From: Wallemia ichthyophaga EXF-994
Taxonomy: Eukaryota; Fungi; Basidiomycota
Direction of reading: 5' to 3'
NCBI RefSeq assembly: GCF_000400465.1
Contig: NW_008806303.1
Span: forward strand, 1 to 32,000
DNA: 32,000 nt
Below are positions 12,731-23,018 of the stretch, in pieces. How positions within the stretch are numbered: the stretch's first letter is position 1; every line of letters begins with the position of its first letter. Under the pieces are notes generated by a model. It worked only from the letters and a program-made list of their open reading frames with translations, did no database searches and was not told where the DNA came from. The translations under genes were made by a program, and so were the position numbers.

Positions 12731-13013
12731 CCATCAGTACGTAGTATATGAGAGTGGTCATGCACTCAACACTATACAAATTCAACTGAATGGTGGCGTT
12801 AGTCAGTGACAGCTTTAGCCGGTGTAACGTATAGCACCTGTTGACGTACTGGAGAGCAATGGCGTGAGTTGAGGTTAGATCGGGCCGTCCGTTGTGCAAA
12901 CAACGTCGATGGTGGATCGCTATGGTCTCGCTCATGCCACGTCTGTGATTCCTAAGCATTCCGCTATGTCAATTTGGCTTTAACGGTTGTGCAAAACCCA
13001 CAGACGGACATAC
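12731..13013 (+). ncRNA. snR30: snR30/U17 box H/ACA snoRNA (18S rRNA processing); 5' end approximate
   Basis: 5' hairpin closed by CAGTACGT 12735-12742 / ACGTACTG 12844-12851. H box AGAGCA 12853-12858. Internal hairpin TGGCGTGAG/CTCATGCCA with a CGTTGT-GCAA-ACAACG apex. 3' hairpin CGTCTGTG 12940-12947 / CACAGACG 12999-13006 enclosing m1 ATTCCTA 12948-12954 and m2 AAACC 12994-12998. ACA at 13008-13010, 3 nt from the inferred end. Confidence 0.85.
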
Positions 13014-13111
13014 TCTTGTAAACTGAAATGAATATATATATCGTTAGACGTATCTGGATATAAATTTTGATGTTATTGACTTGATATTCTAGTGCTCAGA
13101 CTTACACTGTG

Positions 13112-14798
13112 ATGGACGAGGGCCATGTCAACTCGCCGCTTATGGCTTCGCAAAGTTCCTCGCAGCGATTCCACCACTCCAGGCAACGTGCAACCAGCGT
13201 TTCTAATGCCTTCGCTATCAATCCCATCCCTCTCCTCAGTAGCAGCGAAGACAATGACGGTGCTAGTGGTAACGCTGCAGTCTCGCCTAGTCGTACGATT
13301 GGCAGACTCGGTGGCGTGTCACTTGTATTCGGTATGATCGTCGGTTCTGGTATTTTCAGCAGTCCTGGAAATATACTCAGTCTGACTGGATCCCCTGGTG
13401 CCAGTTTGGTTACATGGGCAGTCGGTGGATTATTAGCTTGGATGGGTGCCAGTTGTTTCGCTGAACTTGGAACTGCTCTTCCTGTTTCCGGTGGTCCAGT
13501 GGCTTACTTGAGTTATGCATATGGTCCTCTGACATCCTTCACCTTTACTTTTACTTCCATCTCAATCATAAAGCCCTCAGGGGCTGCTCTCATAGCTACC
13601 ATCTTTGGCGAGTACCTCTCCCGTTTCTTCTGGCTCCTACCTAGCACAGCCGATAGTGTACCCAGCACCGATGACATACCGTCATGGCTCACAAGATTGA
13701 TAGCGTGTGCTGGCGTTGTCATTGTCTCTGCATTGAATATGGCTTCTACGCCTCTCTCCACCACGACGCAGACGCTGTTCATGTTGATCAAAATACTCGC
13801 TATCATTTTCGTAGTAGTGCTCGGCATAGTCGCTGCTGTGCGCGGAGGTTCTGATAATCTCGCACCGAGCAATGCGTTTACCGGTACCAATGTGAGTGCT
13901 TCCAGCACAGCTCTAGCGCTCTATTCGGCACTGTGGGCATTCGACGGATGGGACCAGTCCAATTATGTAGCTGGAGAGATGATAAACGTGCAGCGAAGCC
14001 TTCCTTTCGTTATTCACGTCTCAATGCCACTCACAATCATCATCTTCCTACTCGCTAACATGTCTTATCTGATTGCGATGCCTGTGTCACAGGTGGCCAT
14101 GTCTAACACTGTGGCGCTCGATCTGGGCAACAGTGTGCTAGGGAAAGTGGGAAGTGGGGTAGCGACTATCCTAATATCGATATCGGCCCTCGGCGCACTC
14201 AACAGCGGTGCATTGACGACGTCGCGTCTAATAAGCAGCGTCGCGGGTAGTCATACTGAGGCAGGCTTCTTGCCCAAATTTCTGTCTACTTTCAACTCCA
14301 AAACACACACACCGGTCAACGCACTAATCTTTCAGACACTCCTCACTTGCATTTATGTCGTCATCGGCGGAGGTTTTCAGACTCTGGTCAATTTCTACTC
14401 TATCGGGATTTGGTACTTCTACCTGCTCTGCGCGCTTGCTGTCGTGGTGCTCAGGATTAAGGAACCGGATTTAGAGAGACCTTACAAGACGTGGATAACT
14501 GTACCGATGGTGTTCTCGTCACTTACTATATTTTTGTTATGTGAGTTGGGCATCGCTGTTGGATAAACCGACTCATACTCATACTCACTCGCAATCACTA
14601 GGTATGCCCGTGTTCGCTGCACCACTCGAAGCTGCAGCGGCATTTGGATTCATTGGTCTCAGCGTGCCGATATACTTTATATCCAACTACGTCAAATATC
14701 GTGAATTAAACATTTACCAGCACATCCCAAGCTTTATAAAGAATCGAATGGGTAAATCTAATTACAGTAAAATACCAGTAGAGATGCAAGATTTGTAG
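13112..14798 (+). CDS. APC-superfamily LAT-type amino-acid permease (methionine permease / y+LAT-like); intron 14541-14601
   Basis: GMIVGSGIFSSP, GASCFAELG, GGPVAYL, LWAFDGWD, RPYKTW; about 12 hydrophobic segments. The intron joins LL|CMPVFAAPLE. Substrate cannot be determined from sequence. Confidence 0.9.
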
Positions 14799-14876
14799 AA
14801 GCGCTAATTTAATTTTTGTATTTTTATATTTCCGTTGTACACCGAGTAAATAGAGGGTTTCTATTGGACGTTGAGG

Positions 14877-15701
14877 ATGTTGAGCATTAGAGGCGTAAGA
14901 AATTTAGCAAGGAGTGGCAGAGCGTTGAGGAGTATCTCTACGTCCACCGCACGCAGCTCAGATGCACTCTTTGTGGTTAGTTGGGGTGTCTAAATGGCTT
15001 CGTATGGCTGACGGGACACAGCACAGAGACACGGAATACAACAACAGCTCAGTGGGTGCAGGCGGAACAGAAAAAGCCACTCTAACACGCAGCAGATCCC
15101 ATTCAAATTCAACAGCCAAAATGAACCAATTACAAAAGAGATATTAAGCAGATATCCTCCACAGTACAAGAAAGGCGCTATTATGCCCCTTCTAGATCTC
15201 GCTCAACGCCAAAACCAAGGTTGGACAAGCATAAGCTGTATGAACGAGGTGGCAAAGATTGTCGAGGTACCTCCAATGAGAGTTTACGAGGTAGCCACGT
15301 TCTATACTATGTACAATAGGGAACCAGTGGGTGATCACCTCGTACAAGTCTGCACTACAACGCCGTGTATGTTGAACGGTGCTTACGATATCATGCACGC
15401 TATCGAAAAGGATTTGCACGTCAAGCCAGGCCATACGACTAATGATAAGAAGTTCACTCTCCTTGAGGTGGAATGCTTGGGCGCTTGCTCTAACGCTCCA
15501 ATGATGCAGATCAATGATCACTACTACGAGGATCTCAACAACAAGAGCACACTCGATATCATTAACCAGCTCAAGAATGGTAAGCAGCCTCACATCGGCC
15601 CTCAATCTACCAGACACACCTGCGAGAACAGCAGCGGTCTGACCAATCTCACTGAAAAACCTTATGGTCCTGGTGAACACTGCCAGCCTGAATTCCAGTA
15701 A
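14877..15701 (+). CDS. NDUFV2: NADH:ubiquinone oxidoreductase 24-kDa [2Fe-2S] subunit (NuoE/NDUFV2), 2 introns
   Basis: Arg-rich presequence, SDALFV|[10 protein letters not shown]|[31 protein letters not shown] and [11 protein letters not shown] Fe-S ligands. Confidence 0.95.
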
Positions 15702-15716
15702 TTATTAATACATTTT

Positions 15717-16046
15717 CTATCGTTCCTTTACATGATCCGTGGGTATCGTTGGGGGTGTTTTGGTACTGGTGCTAGTGCTGTTTCTACTTGTACTACTGTT
15801 GCTACTTGTGCTCCCGCTTTCGTCTACAACTTGGTTGGCAGCTTCTTCCTCATCCATACTTCGGTATTTACGCCTGTATATTATAAAAAACACAGCCAGA
15901 TATCCAGCGCATATTATAACTGTCTTTATGTTATTCGTTTACCTCCACTAAGCATCACACTCACGCACTGCTACTATTATCGCTGCGAAGAATACATGGT
16001 CTCCTCTTTTGTCACCTGGCTGAGCAGTATATTTCACAGAAACCAT
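15717..16046 (-). CDS. Hypothetical 94-aa single-pass membrane protein; exons 16046-15965 and 15919-15717
   Basis: A 45-nt GTGAGT...ACAG intron splices in frame (82+203 = 285 nt) to give MVSVKYTAQPGDKRGDHVFFAAIIVAVLIICAGYLAVFFIIYRRKYRSMDEEEAANQVVDESGSTSSNSSTSRNSTSTSTKTPPTIPTDHVKER. Confidence 0.7.
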
Positions 16047-16180
16047 ATGGCATATTGTGAACGTTTATTTGTAAGAGACGCAAACAGACTCTTGTATAAG
16101 TTACGTTGCTATTTTTACATTTTTCTATCAGTTACGTCAATTTATTTTTAGTTGCTGTATGATGCCGCTATTTAAACTAT

Positions 16181-17571
16181 CTAATCTCTCTGTTGCCAAA
16201 CCTGCATTTCATTTTCAGCTTTTCTATCTCCTTCAACGCCTTCACTCAACTCACCTGCAAATATGTCTCACCAAGGAAAATAAGTCGTCTGTCGATCTCT
16301 TCAACAAACAAATCCTGCAACTGGTACCACTTGTTAGTGCCATCGTCATTTGTCAACGGCGACTTGAGCTGCGATTTCCATTTACTGCTGTTGTTGTTAT
16401 CGTGCTCGTGGCAGATATTCGCTACCAGATCATATACTGTACTCTCGTCACCATCACTATTCTCCACGTAATCCTTAAAGTCTACACCCGAGATTGGGTA
16501 GTTTATGATTGTCTGATTGTACTCCTCCTTGAATTTGTTCTTGGAAAACCTCTTGAAGTGTATTATGAGATACTTGGGCAACTTAACCAATTGGTAAGAC
16601 CGTCTCTGACCGAATTGCTCTTGTTTGTGCACTCCGTCATACTTTCTTAGCACCTCAGCTAACGATACCTGTGGAATAATGTTCTCATCGTCACTGAAAA
16701 CAGGTTTGGGCGGTAAATCGCACGATAAGATGAGGAATGGTGTGGTATTGATAGCTATCTTATCCTCTTCTATGAACTTCTTATCAATCTCTTCATTTTC
16801 GTCGAGCTGAATGATTTTCTGCGACGTTATTCGCAACATGCCTTGAAATAACCTGTATATCACACTACTATCAGGCTTCTTGCTACCACCTAAATCCTTG
16901 TGAAGGGAATTGAGAAGAAATGTAAGAAATTCGACTGGATCCGCTGAGTTCTGTATATTAAATCTATTCTTCGACAGCTTTGACATCAATTCCAATAGTT
17001 CATGAGGACTGACTTGAGATTTGAATAGATGCTTATTCCACATTCGTTTATTTAGCGTGCTAAAGCGCTCCAATAGCTCGCTCCTGTAAGTATCCATGAG
17101 GAGGAATGCATTTCTGAGCGGATTGATATGTGTGAGCGTATGAATGATAACATTCGCGTAATCGTTCTTCTTCATATTGTTCAAACCGACATATCCACAC
17201 AAATAGGGTTGTTTAGTGAGGTCATGGCTTATCACTGCGTTATCGAGCTGGTTGACCTCTTCCCCGGTGTATGCTGGTTGAAGAACTCGGACAATATCGC
17301 TCAACGAGTTGTCCTCTACTTTGTAATCCTCTGGGAGAATGTAGAACTCTTTCCTGTCTAAGCTCAAGAAGACATGATGCTCTTCGTCGATTGAGTGGTT
17401 ATAAGCTGGTGACGACTTGGACCGGCCTTGAAAGTAGCGCCCACAAACGAGACAGCAGTAGACAGATTTATTCGTAAGCGAAACACTACAAACTTTCTCA
17501 AAATCGAAATCTAGCAGGTGGCGGTTGATCGTGTCTAGGTATAAATTACTCTGAACTTCCCTCTTGGCCAT
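16181..17571 (-). CDS. SAD1: U4/U6.U5 tri-snRNP protein Sad1/USP39 (ZnF-UBP plus inactive USP domain), 1 intron near the 3' end
   Basis: YLDTINRHLLDFDFEKVCSVSL, YCCLVCGRYFQGR, VGLNNMKKNDY (Asp in place of the catalytic Cys), ETYLQ|VWQQRD. Confidence 0.95.
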
Positions 17572-17676
17572 CGACGTCAACGTTGAAGGGATATTGAATA
17601 ACTTTTGTGGCAATCCCGTTATTATTACATTCTAAACATCAATCAATGCATTGATCCATACAAAGTCTCTCCAGTA

Positions 17677-17952
17677 ATGCGTAAATCAGGTCTTCAACTT
17701 CATACGGTCAGCCTCTACAGACAGGCACTCAGGATGGCACTCTCTAAGCCGCATGATCATCGTAAATCGTGGATCGCGTTCGTCAGATTCAATTTCCGTC
17801 AATACTCAAATATTTCACCAAGAGACGTCAGTTCAATTGAGTATTTACAAAGAAAGACATCGAGGTTAATTGAAACATATTCAAACCCTTCTGCGAAATC
17901 CATTAATTTATCTAATCATGCTAAAATTTACATTCCTACTAAAAATTTTTAA
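17677..17952 (+). CDS. SDH6: LYR-motif succinate dehydrogenase assembly factor 1 (Sdh6/SDHAF1)
   Basis: MRKSGLQ..VSLYRQALR, F..FVR..F, DVSSIEYLQRK...IETYSNP; 91 aa. Confidence 0.8.
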   Translation: MRKSGLQLHTVSLYRQALRMALSKPHDHRKSWIAFVRFNFRQYSNISPRDVSSIEYLQRKTSRLIETYSNPSAKSINLSNHAKIYIPTKNF

Positions 17953-17969
17953 TACATGTTTGATTTGTG

Positions 17970-20900
17970 TTACATTTTGTTGAAGGAAGCCCTTGCTGAT
18001 TCAAATGAGTAGCGCTTGCCTAGTTCAGGTGTAGGTTTAGATGAGTATGGTGTATACGAGATTGGCGGTGTAGGCGGTGGTGGCATAGAAGATATAGATT
18101 GTGAATGGTGATTACCATGCAGACTCCGGTTAGACGCTCTTAACGCTGAATCCCTATCTAAACCGCTAGACATAGTCCTACTCCGCGCCCTTAGCACTTC
18201 TATATCTTCTTCCAATCGGCGATTATCCTCCTCTTGCATCTTGAGATCACGCTGATAACGCCTCTTCTCCACTTCAATCACATTTCTCGCCTCTTCCAGT
18301 TTCTTGTAGACATTCTCGCAATCCTTCTCCTTTATTTTGATTATTTGCTCAAGTTCGAGGAGACGCTTATCTGTAGGAGTCCGCAGTCGAATTTCCAGCT
18401 CAGTGAGCTGTTCCGGAGTTAGACGAGACTTGATCTTTTCAGCTGACTTCATCTGGGTTGACATGTTCGTGATCTCCATACGTGATTCTCTGAGCTGTCG
18501 GTCTGTTACGCGCTTCGCCTCTTCAAGGACGTGTACATGCTCAATCACTGTCTTGTCACTACGTGATCTGCTTAACAAATCTACCTCTTGCTGCGACGCT
18601 AGAAGGTCGTCCTTCATCACACTCAGTTTTGTCTCTAGATCACTGATCACTTCTTTGAGATTGTTCATATCGACTTTACGTGATTTGGATTCTTGGCTGC
18701 GACGATCTTCGACTGATTTAATATCATACGTTAGCACTTCATTGGATTGTCTTATGTTGTCGCGCTCTATTCTCAATTCGTCGCGCTCCTTCTCGAGGTC
18801 AAGACAGGCGTCTTCATAGTCATTTTGTTTCTTATGAGAAAGTTGCAACGCTCTTTGCAGTTGCTATTTGTCGTGATTAGCATATATTCAACTCCCAAAA
18901 GTCAAACTCACGTCGTTGTCCTGTTGTGATTGCCGCAAGGTTGATTCGAATTCAGTTTGCACGGCTAAGATGGATTCAAACTCGTTCATGATTCTTTGAT
19001 TCTTTTCTTCACTTTGATGCAGTTGTCGCAAAGTCGAATCATACTCAGATTGCAGTCTTCTAAAAGACTCAAATTCACTCTTGATCCTCTCACTCTTGTT
19101 CTCACTTTGCTGTAATTGCGATTGTAGCAACTTGATGTCATTATTTTTCTCGACAGTACCCTGACGCAGAGCATCATGCTGCAACACCTCCTCATCGTAG
19201 TCCTGCTTCAATCTCTCGTAGTTGTCTTTGTGGGCTTCTGCGTGGAGTGCCCTCTCCACGACTTCGTCGTAGTCTTGTTGCAGTCTTTCGTAGTTGACTT
19301 TGTAAGTTTCTGCTTCGACTGCTCTCTGAACCTCTTCATCGTAGTCTTGCTTCAATCTTTCATAGCTGTCTTTATAGGCTTCTGCGTGGAGTGCTCTCTT
19401 CACCACTTCATCGTAGTCTTGTTGCAGTCTTTCGTAGTTGACTTTGTAAGTTTCTGCTTCGACTGCTCTCTGAACCTCTTCATCGTAGTCCTGTTTCAAT
19501 CTTTTGTAGTTGTCTTCGTAAGACTCTGCATCGAGCGCTCTCTTCTTGAGTGATTCAATTTCACTCCTTGAGGTTTCAGCATCTTCTATAGATTGAGTTA
19601 GTTGCTCGCGCATTTCCTCCAATTCGTCGTCTCTTGTACTCTTAGAATGCTTAAATTGCAGCACAACATCAGCCAACTCGCTTTCCACCTCCTGGCATCT
19701 CAAGGAGATATCGTCAAATCTTGTACTCTTCTCCTCGAATTCCTGCAGCTGATGGAGTGTTTCGGTGAGCTTACTGCGAAGTGCCTGCAACTCCCGTCCA
19801 AATTTGTCGCGCTCAGAGGATGTTACTGCAAGTCTGTGCTCATAATCATTGGCTAGTTCCTTCATTTTACTATTGTCAGCCACTGTACTTTCCAAGCGCA
19901 AGATTTCGGTACTGGCAATATCAAAGTCGCTTCTTAGATCCTGGTGTCGAGATTCCGCCTCTTTCATTCCATTCAATGCCTTTTCGAGTTGGTTTTCTAG
20001 ATCTTTGATGAAAGCACGGTGGTTGTCTATCTCTTCGCTCATCTCAACTTCGCGCGTCTGGAATCTTTCTATGAGGTGCGAGTTTTGCAGTGATTGATCC
20101 CGTTCGGTTTCTAAGGCTGTTTGTGTACTCATAAGCAGCTTTTGTATGCGCCTCTGTTCAGAGTTATTCGCTTGCTGGTCTTTTACTATAAATTCAAGCC
20201 TCCTCTGCATGGATTGTAATTGATCCTGTCGAGCGTCAGTTATTGAGTATACTAAGTACTAATTATTATACTTACTTCCCGCTTCCTGATCTCCTCTTCG
20301 GATCTCGTAGCAGTTAGGAGTGGTCTGACCTTATTAAAAACTCTCCACCATGCCCATTGCGATAGGTTGTTAGATAACTCAGCGTTCCTATTGATAATTA
20401 GAGCAGCGTTGGCCTTATTTCTCAGCTTGTGTATAATCCTCCTCGTAATGAATCCTCTAGAAGATGCTTGAATGGACGTGAACAAGTCGTAGAGAATGTT
20501 GTCCCTTCTCTCTTCCATTTCGGCGAGCACACCTGACTTGAAGAAGATCTTGCTATTACCGATTCTGTATAGCTCTGAGTCCAGCTCCAAACTCTCGAGC
20601 ATGCGCTGGCACACTTTCCTAGCATCCATATAGTGTACTGAGAGAACATTTGGAGTGAGGACACCATACCTGGATCTGAACTCTGAGAACGGCAGTCTGT
20701 TTGGATAACCCAGTCTAGCAATTCTGATACCCTCCAGTACACCATTGCAGCGCAGCTGATCGAGTACAAGATTTACCTCAATTCTTCCCGGCTTCTTTAT
20801 TGAGTTGGGTAGAATACATCTGACGAAATGTGGTTCCGTAGAGTTGAGTTGCCTCATCAACGCATTTAGCTGCTCTTTATGTCTTTGTGCGACAGTTCTG

Positions 20901-23018
20901 AAAGCTCCACCTTTTCCTCCTCTGCTTGCTTTTCTGTCATCCGGTGTGTACTCTGAGAAAAGGTCTGCGATATATGCATCTGAGCTATTCGATAGAACTT
21001 TGGTGAGATGGTCATTAATTGGATCTTTGTTCTTCTCCAACCATGCTTCAGTATCGTATTCAACTTTACCCGCATAATGCTGCACTATGAACCCTTCGTC
21101 TCCGAATTTAGACTTGCTGAATTTCAGTTTGCTGCCGTCATCTCTATTCATGCATAGCGATGTAAGTTTTTGAGTGAATGTCTGATCGTTAGCTTTTGGC
21201 ATAATACACTCCTCATCCAAGCAGCTAAGAATACCAATTGGAGAAACACTCTCAATGAGATTGATAGTGGGCTGAAGATCCAATCCAAAATTGACAAAGT
21301 TCCATTCGATGCCCTCTCTCTGATACTCTTCCTGCTCGAGCACAAACATGTGATGATTGAAGTATTGTTGCAGACACTCATTAGTGTAGTTGATACATAG
21401 CTGCTCGAACGAGTTTTTCTTGAATATCTCAAATCCTGCTATATCAAGCACACCAATAAATGTGTTGCTTTCTGTAGCGCGGTCGAGGACTGTGTTAACT
21501 TTCTCAATCAGCTTGGAGAAATTCTTTTCGTAAATTGTTTTAGCGAGTGATGCAACTTCCGCTTTAGCTTGACTTTCAGAGCGTGATTGGATCACTGTTT
21601 CCTTGCCCGCCATCACGCGGGGGTTGATAATGGATTGCTCGAGCTCCTTAGAGGATGACAATCCTAAAACAAGGGAGAGTCGCTCAAGCGCATCCTTGTC
21701 TTCAATACGTGCCTGGCCCGATCTGTCTCCTTTGATGTCAATGTTGCCGAGGTGGAGGATCGCACCAACGACTCTGAACAGATTCAGCTGCTCCTCCTTG
21801 TCGAACCCAAGTACATCCAGTGCACCAATGAGCATGTCCCATTCTTTCTCGTCATCTATACCATCCACCTGCTTGCGCGTTTTGGAGAGGTAATTGTAGT
21901 GATTGATGTCGGCTGAAGGGATCTGCAAGGCATCGAGCAAATCTTGATCGGCACCGTTGAGGAAATGGTAAAAGACATGGAACGATCTTTCCTGATTAGA
22001 TCTTGAGCTAACTCTGGACTTTTCAAGCAAATACCAATCTATGTGTGCACCGGCTATTTGACCTTTAGTGCTGAACTCAATGCGCACAAATTTACCGAAT
22101 CTTGACGAGTTATTGTTTCTGACAGTTTGTGCATTACCAAAAGATTCAAGAATCGGGTTGGCTTGTAGGATCTGTCTTTCCAATGTGCCTAGACTTGTCA
22201 TTGAGGATGATGGCGTTATAGACTGGCCCAAGGAAGGTGAATTTGGTACAGAAACTGGAGTTGAGAATGCGGTTGGTGTTCTAGACGGTGTACGAGGCTG
22301 TGTAGATCGTGACAAAGAGTCGACGCGTCCTGCTGAGTTGCTAGCTATTGAAGCGAGGTATTGAATTACTTTTTTTGTGTTCTCAGTTTTACCAGCACCT
22401 GATTCACCACTGGAGATTTTTTGTCAGATTGCAACTCCTCTATTCAATTGAACCCACGTAATCAGAACAGATTGATTTTCGCGCTCAGCCATCATATCAT
22501 TCCAAGCTCTGTCAGTCACAGCAAAGATATGCGGCGCATTATCTTCTCTCCGTTTATTGCGATAGGCTTGTACGTGCGCGTCTGTGTATATGGGCAGGTC
22601 ACGATAAGGGTTTACCGCCACGAGGAAGAGGCCAGAGTAGGTGTAAATCAAATCAGAGCCATATCTCGATCTGAGGTTGTGTACTACGGATGCTTCATTA
22701 AGAAATGTAAGTTCGGCGATATCGCTGACTTTATCAAATCGTGGCGGATTCTGCGGTGATAGCAAGTCACTCCGCATCGTTCTCGTCTGTGAATGACGCG
22801 TGAGTAGTGTAGATGAGATTAACCAAGAAATTAATCACCTCGCTGTTGCATACGACGTCCCACTCTTCGCCATTCTCCTTGGCTACCCAGCCAGAGAGAT
22901 AGCCCTCCTTGTGATCTGGCACCCACACGCGTTTCTTCTCTGCGAACTCAGCATTGGCGGCTGCATCTGCCAGGCTTATCTCTCTGTTAAACTTGGGCTT
23001 GAGTGGAGACCTCTGCAT
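17970..23018 (-). CDS. MYO1: Class II myosin heavy chain (Myo1/Myo2 type), 5 exons, about 1,616 aa
   Basis: Exons 23018-22839, 22786-22458, 22409-20276, 20225-18912, 18863-17970. NPPRFDK, IT|GESGAGKT, NNNSSRFGKF, DIAGFEIF, QLRCNGVLEGIRI, class II neck WAWWRVFNKVRPLL, long coiled-coil tail. Confidence 0.95.
18933..19118 (-). repeat. Two diverged 93-bp (31-aa) tandem units in the myosin tail
   Basis: QLQQSENKSERIKSEFESFRRLQSEYDSTLR / QLHQSEEKNQRIMNEFESILAVQTEFESTLR. Confidence 0.7.
19182..19541 (-). repeat. Coding minisatellite: five 72-bp (24-aa) units in A-B-A-B-A order (144-bp higher-order period)
   Basis: RALDAESYEDNYKRLKQDYDEEVQ / RAVEAETYKVNYERLQQDYDEVVK / RALHAEAYKDSYERLKQDYDEEVQ / RAVEAETYKVNYERLQQDYDEVVE / RALHAEAHKDNYERLKQDYDEEVL. 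An 80-bp stretch is identical at 19267-19346 and 19411-19490. Confidence 0.95.

Noticed and set aside
12726-12959. 77-aa minus-strand ORF and apparent minus-strand splice signals (GTATGT at 13013, CTAAC...CAG)
   Set aside because: No recognisable protein. It is antisense to the snoRNA, and GTATGT is simply the reverse complement of the ACA box plus UAC.
15732-16151. 139-aa and 70-aa plus-strand ORFs, one looking like a hydrophobic signal peptide
   Set aside because: The hydrophobicity is the antisense shadow of the Ser/Thr-rich tail of the minus-strand TM gene, which has a clean intron and topology.
16181-17571. USP domain lacking the catalytic cysteine
   Set aside because: Known property of Sad1/USP39, not a pseudogene or a novelty.
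19182-19541. CRISPR-like or non-coding repeat array
   Set aside because: Units are contiguous, in frame within the myosin CDS and have no unique spacers.
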